A stretch of DNA of 63,933 nt, counting the filler, from Octopus bimaculoides (Eukaryota): the NCBI RefSeq assembly GCF_001194135.2. It is 7 parts of 7 records of this genome, joined end to end, with 100 filler letters (N's around TTAATTAATTAA, not from the genome) between each part and the next. Parts side by side here need not be neighbours in the genome. Positions count along the whole stretch, not along the records: positions 36,599 to 52,593 come from NC_068984.1; 6 more parts are not named here. The stretch is one strand, 5' to 3'. The position numbers and the translations under genes were made by a program. This document shows, in pieces, positions 39,755 to 52,593 of this stretch. Each line of letters starts with the position of its first letter. Positions within the stretch are counted from its first letter, which is position 1. The notes under the pieces were generated by a model that was not told where the DNA came from, made no database searches, and worked only from the letters and a program-made list of their open reading frames with translations.

Positions 39755-40230
39755 TGTTGTTGGCACTCCGTCGCTTGCTACGTCGAGGGTTCCAGTTGAT
39801 CAGATCAACGAAACAGCCTGCTCGTGAAATTAACGTGCAAGTGGCTGAGCACTCCACAGACACGTGTACCTTTAACGTAGTTCTCGGGGATATTCAGCGT
39901 GACACAGTTTGACAAGGNNNNNNNNNNNNNNNNNNNNNNNNNNNNNNNNNNNNNNNNNNNNNNNNNNNNNNNNNNNNNNNNNNNNNNNNNNNNNNNNNNN
40001 NNNNNNNNNNNNNNNNNNNNNNNNNNNNNNNNNNNNNNNNNNNNNNNNNNNNNNNNNNNNNNNNNNNNNNNNNNNNNNNNNNNNNNNNNNNNNNNNNNNN
40101 NNNNNNNNNNNNNNNNNNNNNNNNGTGTTTTCGCTAAATAAACACTCACAACGTCCGGTCTGGGAATCGAAACTGCGATCCTATGACCGCGAGTCCACTG
40201 CCCTAACCACTGGGCCATTGCGCCTCCACT
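39755..40230 (-). mobile_element. SINE family C, spanning an N gap
   Basis: Reverse complement of 27286-27665 on both sides of the gap. Confidence 0.85.
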
Positions 40231-42134
40231 GTTTAAATAGCACAACCTAAAAGCCGCATTGTGTGTTTCCAATGTAGTGTTCGGCTATTACTCTTGTTTA
40301 TTTTGTTGAACTGGCTGATGAAGCAAGTCGCTAATTCAGTTTGCTGAAATAGGAGCTAGTGTACCGCATTTTTCTGAGTTGTCTAACTCTGTAGTATTCT
40401 GCAGTTGTCTAACTCTGCAATATTATGGGATTTGGAGGCGTGTAGATTCTTGCTTCAATTTACATTGCTCTGAAGTTTTGTCTGTTGTTACTTATGTTAT
40501 AATAGTGCTTATTCTTTTGAGTTTGGTGTTTGCAACGTGAATCGTTTTCCTTCATTTCGTATTAATTTCGTAGAATATATGTTGCATGAGTTGTGTTATT
40601 TTATTCCATTAGCTGTAGAGTGTATGTTGTATGTGGAAATTATTCTATTTGGGTTCCGTCAGATTTAAGCTGTTCCTTGCAGAGCTATATCTTAAACAAT
40701 GTATAGTGTTGTGTACCCCGGTATGGCTTCAGTGTTTTTGCCCATATTATTCTTATTCCTAATACTCTAATTATTACTGCTACTGTTTACACCCTCATGT
40801 CCCACATCTTGAATATTTTCATTTTGAATATTGTATTTCGGCAATTTTCCACTACTCTTCAGTGGGCAGGCACATCCCAGATGACTGTGGCCAAGCCATA
40901 TATGAAACTTATCAATTTTCGCATCAAAATTTTGGCGCACTGCTCAGTGGATAGAGACTAGATCATGTCTATCGATGTAAATCACCATCGTCATCGCCAG
41001 TCATCCTCATCGTCATAACCACCAACACCACCACCACCACCGCCGCCGCCGCCGCTGCCATCGTCGTCGTCGTCTCATTTTTATTTTAATATTAGATTTA
41101 TATGGCCGAGCAATTTTTCCTACAAATGGAATATATTATTATGAAATTCACGGTATTCTAACCTTTTGCGATATGCTTGGAATTTTCTTTCCAAACACCA
41201 GGTATATATTTAATCAGAGATTTTTCCCCACTGGCATGTATATTCATTTATTTATCTATCTATTTTTGCTTTCTGGTGAAGCCGTTATAAAGGTATGAAT
41301 ATTATTATCCAGAAACACAGGGCGAAGATCGTATTATCTTTCGACAACAATCTGGTGAAATACTAAATTAATGAATGAATGGATAGATAGTTCTCTGTTG
41401 TTCGCCAATGAAGATTCAGTTGTCCAGTCAACCGAATTACCTGCTCCTGAATTTACATGTAATTGGCTGAGCATTCCAAAGAAAACATGTCGTCATCATC
41501 ATCATTATCATCATTAATTCCTGGACATTACCGCATTTCATGGCGTATAAGTGATTTTCATCACAAAATTGCTCCTGGACGGGATGCCAGTCCGTTGCAA
41601 AGTTGCTCATTTGCAATTGAGTGAACTGGAGAAAAGTGAAACAAAGTGTTTTGCTCATGAGCACTATGCACCGTCTGGTCCGGGAATCGAAACCACGATC
41701 TTGCAATCGTGAGTGCAACACTTTAAGCACTCGACCACGTATCTTCATCCAATAACATGTGCTCTTTACATAATTCCTAGGCAGAATCATCTTGACACAG
41801 AGTGCGATAAGGCTGTACCATTGAATTACGAGTACAATTCAATCGACGCGCTTCTACACAGTTTCCTTTTATTCGATTTCACTCGCAAGATATGGGTGAG
41901 TCCGAAGTTCGAAACCGAAGCCTCAGAATTTCGAAACGAAATTCTTAAACATTCGGCTACACTGCACTTACGTTATAACAGTAGGTAAGCAATAAAACAA
42001 AACAACACAAAAATCACATGTGACTGCTCGAATTGCTGGAAATAACAGGCAAATATCTCTCAAATTATATCCTATCATCTTAAAAACGAAGGAAAAATTG
42101 GTTAGTTTAATCTTGGAATTAGACAAAATATCGG

Positions 42135-42725
42135 TTTCTAATTTTGGCACAAAGCCTGCAAGTTCGGGGGAGGGTGTAAATCAATTACATTGACCCTAGT
42201 GCTTATTTTATCGATTCCGAAAGAATGAAAGGCAAAGTCAACGTCGGCGGAATTTGAACCCGGAACCTTAAGACGGACGAAATGCTGCTAAGCATTTTGC
42301 CCGGTGCGGTAACGATTCTACCAGCACTCCGCCTTCACTTTGACAAAATATTGGTTTCAAATTTTGGCACAAGGCCAGCAGGTTTGTGGAAGCGCTAACT
42401 CGATTAAATCGACCCCAATGTTCAGCTGGTACTTAATTTATCGACTTCGTAAAGACGAAAGGCAAAGTCGGGATTTGAACTCAGAACGTAAAGATGGACG
42501 AAATACCGGTAAGCATTTTGCCCGACACTTCTGCCAGCACACCGTCTTGAATTAGACAAACTACTGAAAAATGTTTTCACCTGCGAGAATAATATCAGTT
42601 AGAAACAAAAGCTTCAAGAATTTTATAGAAAACTATGTAAAAAAACGGCAATTTAATATTACCCACTTCGTAAGGCAGTGAGCTGGCAGAATCATTAGCG
42701 CGCCGAGCAAATTGCTTAGCGGTAT
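42135..42725. mobile_element. SINE family A cluster: two tandem minus copies (42135-42337, 42350-42540) and a plus-strand head (42670-42725)
   Basis: Repeated family A tail, core and head. Confidence 0.8.
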
Positions 42726-43517
42726 ATATATATACGATAGGCTTCTTTCAGTTTCCATCTACCAAATCCACTCACAAGGCTTTGGTAGGCCCAAGGCTAT
42801 AGTCGAAGACACTTGCCTAAGGTGCCATGCAGTGAAACTGAACCCGGAACCATGTCGTTGGAAAGCAAGCTTCTTGCCACATAGCCACGCCTGATTTTTC
42901 TGAATTAGAGTCGGCCACGTTCGTCAACACATTCTAATTTAAGCAAATATTTAATTTGCTTGAATAATTAATAAAATGCTGGTCTCTATAGTAAAGACCG
43001 CCTTTGGTCACGAATAACCATGGGATTGTACCGAGAAAATTCCTCTCCTAGGTACAAGTCCGGGCAATGTTGTTTATGGAAAACCAGCAGTACTGAAGCA
43101 CAGGTCTCTGAACATCCGCATAAATGATATAAGTTTATTAATACTGTATTGTACAAGGTACCTGAAAACTAGTCTGGCACCGGAGAGAATTTGAAGTCCT
43201 AACTCGAAAATGAGTACGGATTATAAGAGGCTACGGACCAATAGTGTCCAGAAAGTCGGTGTCGTAAATTTAGTAAGTAGAACATAATACTTGTATAGTA
43301 ACGGTTCTTTACGTTCTGAGTTTAAATTCCATCGTGGTTAACGTTACCTTTTATAACCTTGTGAGTGATAATGTTTGGGTCGATTGAAATACCCAGCAGT
43401 ACTACACTTACAGTATGGAGCATTTATCAACTGTACTTCGTTCTGGCCGTGCGCCAGTCTAAGCAATCAAAATTACACGTCTGTACACACAAGTATACAT
43501 ACATACACACATACATA

Positions 43518-43561
<44 letters not shown>

Positions 43562-44132
43562 GTAGGTATGTATGTATGTATGCGTATATATATATGTATA
43601 TATATGTATATATATACATGTGTGTATGTATGTATATATGCATATATATNNNNNNNNNNNNNNNNNNNNNNNNNNNNNNNNNNNNNNNNNNNNNNNNNNN
43701 NNNNNNNNNNNNNNNNNNNNNNNNNNNNNNNNNNNNNNNNNNNNNNNNNNNNNNNNNNNNNNNNNNNNNNNNNNNNNNNNNNNNNNNNNNNNNNNNNNNN
43801 NNNNNNNNNNNNNNNNNNNNNNNNNNNNNNNNNNNNNNNNNNNNNNNNNNNNNNNNNNNNNNNNNNNNNNNNNNNNNNNNNNNNNNNNNNNNNNNNNNNN
43901 NNNNNNNNNNNNNNNNNNNNNNNNNNNNNNNNNNNNNNNNNNNNNNNNNNNNNNNNNNNNNNNNNNNNNNNNNNNNNNNNNNNNNNNNNNNNNNNNNNNN
44001 NNNNNNNNNNNNNNNNNNNNNNNNNNNNNNNNNNNNNNNNNNNNNNNNNNNNNNNNNNNNNNNNNNNNNNNNNNNNNNNNNNNNNNNNNNNNNNNNNNNN
44101 NNNNNNNNNNNNNNNNNNNNNNNNNNNNNNNN

Positions 44133-44999
44133 ACAGAGGGTGCGGTGAATAAATTGTCGTCTAAATACCGCAAAAGTGAAAATAACATTGACATCTCATG
44201 TTAAGTTATATTTACCAAAAATAAATAAAAACATCTTGAAATACTAAAGAGTAAATTTATTCAATAAAATCACCATTGGCTTCACTCACGGCCCCCAGAC
44301 GACTTCAGAATCTCCTGCAATTCTTCTGGACAGTCTCTTTTTTTAAGCTGGTAAATACTGCCATAATCCTTGCCTTCAGTTCATCTTTGGTATTACAAGG
44401 AGTTTTGTTGATCTCTCACTCAACTCCGCTCCACACATAATAATCAAGCGGGTTGCAGTCTGGGGAGTTAGGGGATCATATGTTAGGGGTGTTGTAGTCG
44501 CAGAAATTGTCTGACAGCCATGACTGGCTTCTCCTACTTGTGTGTCATGGTGTAGAGTTCTGTTGCCAGACATACGGTCTTCCACAAGCTACCCTCTTGA
44601 CCCAGGGCAGCTTGATGTAAGCATCCAGGCACTTAATGTAGGCCTCCGTGTTGAGTGTAAGGCCGTGTTGGAAGATGAATGGAGGTATAACGTCGCCATC
44701 ACTAGTGATTACTCCCAACACCATGATGTTGATTGGATGTTTGATTTTTATCACTCTCGGTACACGTCCTCAGACTGACATCCAAACACTCTGAAATGTT
44801 CGTATATGAGCTTCCGGCGCGAATGCCAAACAATACATCATGTCGTTTCCAAATTTCTGGCAGAATGATGCTGTTTTTCTTTCAAACGGTGCCCAACTGA
44901 TCCTACTATATTGTGTAATCGACAAAATTAAAAGCAAACAATGCGCATGGATGAAATTAAAAATATAACATGGCGACAATTTACCCATCGTACCCAGTA
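44133..44999 (-). mobile_element. maT-family (DD37D) Tc1/mariner transposon, defective
   Basis: Minus-strand MVLGVITSDGDVIPPFIF...WQQNSTP*HTSRRSQSWLSDNF...SPNSPDCNPLDYYV with 37 residues between the second (mutated D>N) and third catalytic positions; imperfect TIRs (gggtgcggtgaataaattgtcg / cgacaatttacccatcgtaccc). Confidence 0.85.
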
Positions 45000-45675
45000 T
45001 ATACTTTCTACTCTTTTACTCTTTTACTTGTTTCAGTCATTTGACTGTTGCCACGCTGGAGCACCGCCTTTAGTCGAGCAAATCGACCCCAGGACTTATT
45101 CTTTGGAAGCCTAGTACTTATTCTATCGGTCTGTTTTGCCGAACCGCTAAGTTACGGGGACGTAAACACACCACCATCGGTTGTCAAGCAATGGTGGGGG
45201 GGGGAGACAAACACAGACACGCAAACACACATGCATATATATATATATATATATATANNNNNNNNNNNNNNNNNNNNNNNNNNNNNNNNNNNNNNNNNNN
45301 NNNNNNNNNNNNNNNNNNNNNNNNNNNNNNNNNNNNNNNNNNNNNNNNNNNNNNNNNNNNNNNNNNNNNNNNNNNNNNNNNNNNNNNNNNNNNNNNNNNN
45401 NNNNNNNNNNNNNNNNNNNNNNNNNNNNNNNNNNNNNNNNNNNNNNNNNNNNNNNNNNNNNNNNNNNNNNNNNNNNNNNNNNNNNNNNNNNNNNNNNNNN
45501 NNNNNNNNNNNNNNNNNNNNNNNNNNNNNNNNNNNNNNNNNNNNNNNNNNNNNNNNNNNNNNNNNNNNNNNNNNNNNNNNNNNNNNNNNNNNNNNNNNNN
45601 NNNNNNNNNNNNNNNNNNNNNNNNNNNNNNNNNNNNNNNNNNNNNNNNNNNNNNNNNNNNNNNNNNNNNNNNNNC

Positions 45676-45718
<43 letters not shown>

Positions 45719-45722
45719 TATA

Positions 45723-45758
<36 letters not shown>

Positions 45759-46509
45759 TGTATGTATGTATGTATGTATGTATGCATTATATATTTGCGT
45801 ATTTTCAAGTATGTTTTGTAGAATCTTCATCAGACGAGGGATCCTGTTCACTTTCCCGCCTTCTCTGACGAAGCTTTGGCTCATTACACACCTTGGTTCT
45901 TCATACAGCGAGTGTTTATATTTTCAGATTTCCGTGACGATAAGAAATATATTATTTCACTTTGGGGGTGTGGTAATGACGCAATTGGAAGATCTTACAA
46001 CAGCAGGTTTGAAAGGAGGAATAGAATGAGAGAATTACTTCGTGTGGAGTACCAGTCTGCTGGAGGAGTACAGGTGGGATAAAAAAAAAACTGGTGATAA
46101 GAAAATAATGATAAAATAGATAAATAAATAAACAAGAAATGAAAGATGCTAACTGAAAAAAATAAAGGAAGAGTAACGAAAGAACGTGAAAGGGAAAAAC
46201 ACGTAAGAAAGAGAGGCAGAAACAAGTAAAGCAAGAAGGACAGAAAAAAGAAAAGAAGAGAAGAAAAAAGAAAGAAAAAACGGGAATATGCCAAGGATAT
46301 AAGGGAGAGATAAAAAGAAACAAAGATAAATAGAAAGAAAGAAACAAAGAGAAAAAAAACAAAGAAATAATGCAAAAAAATGAAAATGAACAGAAAAAAG
46401 CATTAAAAGTTATGAAAAGAGATGGAAGGATTGAAAAAGAAAGGTATGTAAATATCTAAAAAATAGCTGAAGTGGCTGTGTGGTAAGTAACTTGCTTACN
46501 NNNNNNNNN

Positions 46510-46542
<33 letters not shown>

Positions 46543-46627
46543 GGGAATAATAAGTATTCCAGGTTATCAGGACATTTACTATTTTATACTTTACTAATGC
46601 AAAATAAACAGTGTCATTTATAATATT

Positions 46628-46893
46628 ATTACAAATTTGGGATTTTGCCAACAGAACCGCAACTCCTATTTCAGGACAACTTTATTTTGTGGAATACACA
46701 TAATAAGTTATATCCAATATAATAAAATAATATAAGCATTTTAAAGCCTACTATAAAGTACAATAAAATTAATTAAAAAAATTATTTAAAAATATTTGAT
46801 AAAACATATATACCTTAACTGTTATTAGTCTGTGGGGAAAGAAGATATTTTTAATCAACGCTACACGTGTTTCTGCGCTGGTGGTATGTTTAA
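46628..46893 (+). repeat. Inverted, diverged copy of the PLE segment at 48444-48717
   Basis: Reverse-complement match over ~265 bp with scattered substitutions (e.g. ttttaaagcctactataaagtacaataaaattaa vs ttaattttattgtactttatagtaggctttaaaa). Confidence 0.85.
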
Positions 46894-47830
46894 CTAGGTT
46901 ATATCTAATACATAAATCCACCACTGCGTCCTCAGGCTATTTTTCTTATTGTTATTATTATTAACGGATCAATGTTAAAACTACATATTCTGAGATGTTC
47001 AATACAAAAATAAGAATATGAATAAAAATATAATAAAAATATATATAACTTAGTAATATATTTTTTAAAATTTCAAAATTAAAAAAATTCTTAAATTAAG
47101 AAATTAATAAAAAATTAATAAAATTAAACACCTAAAAATACAATACCGATATATATAGAAAATGCTAAACATAAAGAAATCCTCATCGACTATTTTATAA
47201 ACACATCAAATTCCACCACCTATCTATATAAACATTACGGGAATTAATAATTTATTGTAAAATTTACCCCTATCTATACAAGTATAAATTACCATTCTTA
47301 TGTCAAACGTAAGTTAATAATATTTAGAAAGTAAAAACCTCTATATACGTTATAAATTTTTTGAATAAAACCAATAAATGACTCCAGTAAACAAAATTAA
47401 CAAAGAAGGAATACTCGTGAACATGCTTACTCCTTCTCGTTCCCGCGCAAATGGCTGCTCCCTCTGTCGTGCGCTAAGTATTATGGGAATAACGTAAAAT
47501 AAACTACTCTGAAAAATTCTCTAAGACTAATAATATTAGAGAGGTGAATTCAAGGGGAGATAATAACAAGATACTCTGAAATCTAGCTATAACTGGATTT
47601 TTTCTCTAGTGTTTAAGATTTATAGATTTATGTTATATTAAATATAGCCTGTCTATTCCTTTTAAGGTAATATTCTTTAAATATATTCTTGGTTCTTGGT
47701 ATATCCGTATCTAATACTATTATATAATTCTATTATGACTACATTTAACTATCTTCCTCATAAATGTTTAGGAGATTACATACTGGGAGTGGGGTATAAT
47801 TTTATATATTTTCCTTTTATTAGGCGTAAA

Positions 47831-48717
47831 GTTATTCTTATGTCGGCATTTTTTCCTCTCTCTTCAATACTGTTCAGTAATACCGCTCTCGACTGGAGTA
47901 TTTTCATAAACTCAGTTGTGCAAAATAAGCACATTTTATTACCTATTCTATATGACCTAGCTCTACTAATGATATTCCATTAAGAGTGTATTCTATTTTA
48001 TCAGATTTCAACTCCCATATGTATTTACTTAGACCTGTCGAATTTATTAATTTGGGATTTTTGAAGGATTGATAATGCTGGGAAATTCTTCTTTTAATTT
48101 CATTCGCTGTGGATCCTATATATTCTTTCTTCTTATTATTAGAGATTACAGTACATTTATAAATTACATTATCTAGGTTGCAATTATTATTAAGCCTACA
48201 TTTGGATTTATCTTTACATGTGCAATTTATTTAAAATACGGTTATGTTTTTTGGTTTGTTATATTTCTTCCGTAGCTATTGTTAATATAAGTTAAATTGT
48301 TATTTTAGAATTTATTTAATTTGACATTGTTTATAGGGGATATAATGTTACTAACGCTTCTTGCTGTCGAATAACCCACGCTGATAGTTTTGTTTGAGAA
48401 TATTTTCGAGTAAGTTTTGTTCTTTTTAAACATACCACCAGCGTTAAACATACCACCAGCGCAGAAACACGTGTAGCGCTGAATGAAAATATCTTTTTTG
48501 CCCACAGACTAATAACAGGTAAGGTATATATATTTTTCAAATATTTTTAAAGTAACTTTATTTAGTTAATTTTATTGTACTTTATAGTAGGCTTTAAAAT
48601 GCTTATATTATTTTATTATTATATTGGATATAACTTACTATGTGTATTCCAGAAAATAAGGATGTTCTGAAATAGGAGTTGCGGTTCTATTGGTAAAATC
48701 CCAATTTTGCAATAAAA
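47831..48717 (-). mobile_element. Penelope-like element remnant: RT thumb/linker plus GIY-YIG endonuclease
   Basis: Minus strand reads KTYSKIFSNKTISVGYSTARSVSNIIS...CTCKDKSKCRLNNNCNLDNVIYKCTVISNNKKKEYIGSTANEIKRRISQHYQSF...LSKYIWELK/WNIISRARSY...CLFC.../KCRHKN (VIY-YIG motif with Cys-rich linker), with frameshifts. Confidence 0.85.
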
Positions 48718-51097
48718 NNNNNNNNNNNNNNNNNNNNNNNNNNNNNNNNNNNNNNNNNNNNNNNNNNNNNNNNNNNNNNNNNNNNNNNNNNNNNNNNNNN
48801 NNNNNNNNNNNNNNNNNNNNNNNNNNNNNNNNNNNNNNNNNNNNNNNNNNNNNNNNNNNNNNNNNNNNNNNNNNNNNNNNNNNNNNNNNNNNNNNNNNNN
48901 NNNNNNNNNNNNNNNNNNNNNNNNNNNNNNNNNNNNNNNNNNNNNNNNNNNNNNNNNNNNNNNNNNNNNNNNNNNNNNNNNNNNNNNNNNNNNNNNNNNN
49001 NNNNNNNNNNNNNNNNNNNNNNNNNNNNNNNNNNNNNNNNNNNNNNNNNNNNNNNNNNNNNNNNNNNNNNNNNNNNNNNNNNNNNNNNNNNNNNNNNNNN
49101 NNNNNNNNNNNNNNNNNNNNNNNNNNNNNNNNNNNNNNNNNNNNNNNNNNNNNNNNNNNNNNNNNNNNNNNNNNNNNNNNNNNNNNNNNNNNNNNNNNNN
49201 NNNNNNNNNNNNNNNNNNNNNNNNNNNNNNNNNNNNNNNNNNNNNNNNNNNNNNNNNNNNNNNNNNNNNNNNNNNNNNNNNNNNNNNNNNNNNNNNNNNN
49301 NNNNNNNNNNNNNNNNNNNNNNNNNNNNNNNNNNNNNNNNNNNNNNNNNNNNNNNNNNNNNNNNNNNNNNNNNNNNNNNNNNNNNNNNNNNNNNNNNNNN
49401 NNNNNNNNNNNNNNNNNNNNNNNNNNNNNNNNNNNNNNTGGCGATTTTCTTCCCCCGTCTTCCCTTCTATTGGACTTTCCTCGGTTTCCGAAGAGCGTCT
49501 GCTAATATTTTACGTATACCACGTCCTCGCGTTGTTGTTTTCGTGTTTGTTCTTCTTTTTGGGATTTACTATGAGTGTGTACGTGCGTGTGTGTGTGTCT
49601 GTGTATTCCCCTCCCACACACACAGAGCATCGCTTGACAACCGATACTGGTGTGTTTATGTCCTCGTAACTTAGCGGTTCGGGGAAAGAGATCTGCTAGA
49701 AATAGCAAACAAATTTCTTTCAAGTTACAGCCTACTGAATTTATGAAGCAGGGAGAAGGAGAGATGTGGATATACAAGGTTATGTTGATCTGAACATATT
49801 ACATAACTAATAAGCAAAGATTGGATGCCTACGATTTGAACATATTTGAGTCTAAGTCTGGGGTAGTTAGGCTTTACCTGGGGATAAACATCAACAAAAT
49901 CAACAAAAACAACAACAGGAATAGTATTTGTTATATATGGTTATCGAAATACTTTTCAAGAAGCGGGATATTTGTCCGAATGAGAAATACATTTGAAGCT
50001 GATTCGCATATTATAATCATTAAATTTTTTTCTAATAAATATATAAACTACAAAATAATGAGAGAAGAGTTATGTATACAGATAAACTTCCATATATATA
50101 TGCACGTATACATATGTGTGTATATGTGTGTATATTATATGTATATATATGTATATNNNNNNNNNNNNNNNNNNNNNNNNNNNNNNNNNNNNNNNNNNNN
50201 NNNNNNNNNNNNNNNNNNNNNNNNNNNNNNNNNNNNNNNNNNNNNNNNNNNNNNNNNNNNNNNNNNNNNNNNNNNNNNNNNNNNNNNNNNNNNNNNNNNN
50301 NNNNNNNNNNNNNNNNNNNNNNNNNNNNNNNNNNNNNNNNNNNNNNNNNNNNNNNNNNNNNNNNNNNNNNNNNNNNNNNNNNNNNNNNNNNNNNNNNNNN
50401 NNNNNNNNNNNNNNNNNNNNNNNNNNNNNNNNNNNNNNNNNNNNNNNNNNNNNNNNNNNNNNNNNNNNNNNNNNNNNNNNNNNNNNNNNNNNNNNNNNNN
50501 NNNNNNNNNNNNNNNNNNNNNNNNNNNNNNNNNNNNNNNNNNNNNNNNNNNNNNNNNNNNNNNNNNNNNNNNNNNNNNNNNNNNNNNNNNNNNNNNNNNN
50601 NNNNNNNNNNNNNNNNNNNNNNNNNNNNNNNNNNNNNNNNNNNNNNNNNNNNNNATATATATATATATATATATATAATTTCTCTCTCAACACACACACA
50701 CAGACACATACATGTTTTCTGTCTGTCTGTCTGTCTGTCTGTCTGTATGTATGTATGTATGTATGTATGCATGCATGTATTCAAAAGTTAGTAGTTAAAA
50801 TAAATTAAGGTAACTGAATACATCCTAATCAGAATGCACTTATAGTGAACGATTAAGGATACAAAATTGACCTATCTGTTCGTCTCTAAAATGAGCTGTT
50901 CTTTACTATCAAATATCCGTTGTCAATGTGTTTATCAGCAAAGCACTAATCGGCAGTGACTCCATGTTAATTAGTTAAAATAGCTTAATGCATTCAGTAA
51001 GAAATCTGCTCACCGAAAGCACGTACTACTTTTTACTTGCATCGTATTTTCTTGTTTTGACAGGAGAGAAGTGTCTATATTTAGATACTAAGCGAGC

Positions 51098-51150
<53 letters not shown>

Positions 51151-51250
51151 CGAGAGAGAGAAAGAGGGAGGGAGAGAGAGATATACAGACAAATTTATTT
51201 TTGTCAAACGAATAAGAAGGGATAAAGTTTGTTGAAACTGAGTGTTTACC

Positions 51251-51289
51251 TCGCTACTCGAGTTTCATGTTACCATCCTCTTCAGGCGA
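51251..51289 (-). ncRNA. Type I minimal hammerhead motif, possibly degenerate
   Basis: Minus strand tcgc CUGAAGA ggatggtaacat GAAA ctcgag UA gcga; stem I 4 bp, palindromic ACTCGAGT stem III, weak stem II. Confidence 0.55.
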
Positions 51290-51832
51290 AAACTTGCCTC
51301 TCAGTTTGGTATGTATATTTATACTGGCTAATGTTGTTCGATTTTTGGTTTGTTCACTGCTTGCACTGAGTATGTCATTTGGTTTGCTTTATCATCTGTT
51401 TTGATGTAATTTTGTAGCATCTTCATTGGTTATTGTGCTTGTGGCCTGGTGTTTACTTTCCATGAATTTTTTGAAGTGAGACGTACTTTTAAATGGTTTT
51501 TGTTGCTATATTTCTAGTGTTTATTTTTATTTTAACAGAAAAATCTTGAAGGCCGTCAATAAAACACGTTGGCATCCCCTCCAACATCCTTAAAATCTAA
51601 CCTTGACTGCAATAAAATTCATCACAACTAAACCATTCTACCATGAACCAATATTTTCAAACACACTACAGTACACAGCAAAACAAACTTGACTCAAAGT
51701 ATTCAAATAGCTGTAATAGCGAAAATTTATTCACGTTGCACATGATTTATCTCACTTTGCGAGTGTCTCTGAGAAAGGTGTGGGTGCTACACACCTTCAT
51801 ACTCCTCCATATAATTTTGTACTAATATACCA

Positions 51833-52553
51833 ACAATTTTGAGGGAAAGGAGTACATCTATTGCTCAACTGTACTCAACTGTACTCATTTTATGGACCCT
51901 GAAACGATAAAAAGCAAAACCGACCTCGGACGTGCTAACGCTCCTGCTAGCCATCTCACCACTTTCATCAATAGTGTGTCACCACCGATTAGTGCTTTGC
52001 TGATAAACACATTGACAACGGATATTTTATAGTAAAGAACAGTTCATTTTAGAGACGAACAGATAAGTCAATTTTGTATCCTTAATCGTTCACTATAAGT
52101 GCATTCTTGCTACTTTTTTCCACAAGGTCAGCAATTTTGAGAGGATTGATAAGTCGATTACATCATCCCCACTACACTACTGGTAATTATTTTATCGACA
52201 CCTTAAGGAAGAAAGGCAACGCTAACGTCGTCAGAATTTGACTTCAAAACGTAAAGACGGACGAAATGCTACTAAACATTTTATCCGACATGCTAAGCAT
52301 TCTGCCAGTTCGTTGACATGGAACAACAACAACAATAATGGTTTCAAATTTTGCCTCAAGGGCAGCAATTTTGGGGGAGAGGACTAGTCAATTAGATCGA
52401 CTCCAGTACTCAAATGGTACTTAATTTATCGACCCTGAAAAGATGAAAGGCAAAGTCGACCTCGGCAGAATTTGAACTCAAAACGTAGTGACGGGCGAAA
52501 TACCGTTAAGTATTTCGTCCAGCGTACTAGCGATTCTGCCAGTTCGCCGCCTC
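51833..52553 (-). mobile_element. SINE family A, three same-strand copies (51833-51960, 52121-52315, 52338-52553)
   Basis: Repeated core and heads; (AAC)/(AAT) tracts between and after the last two copies. Confidence 0.8.

Positions 52554-52593
<40 letters not shown>

Noticed and set aside
40315-40360. CTGATGA-agcaa...ttgct-GAAA hammerhead-like core on the plus strand
   Set aside because: Good stem II, but no U at 16.1 and no stem I pairing.
45795-45880. CTGATGA (minus) and CTGACGA (plus) heptamers close together
   Set aside because: No compatible stems or cleavage triplet could be drawn.
46080-46445. K/E/R-rich purine tract ending in a strong donor (aag|gtatgt), resembling the LRRIQ1 coiled-coil
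   Set aside because: Multiple stops in all three frames; similar purine-rich tracts occur elsewhere in the window.
46520-48717. Possible mitochondrial insertion or long-TIR DNA transposon (very AT-rich, inverted ends)
   Set aside because: The minus strand translates to a PLE linker and GIY-YIG domain, and the inverted segment is part of that ORF; no mitochondrial gene or tRNA recognised.
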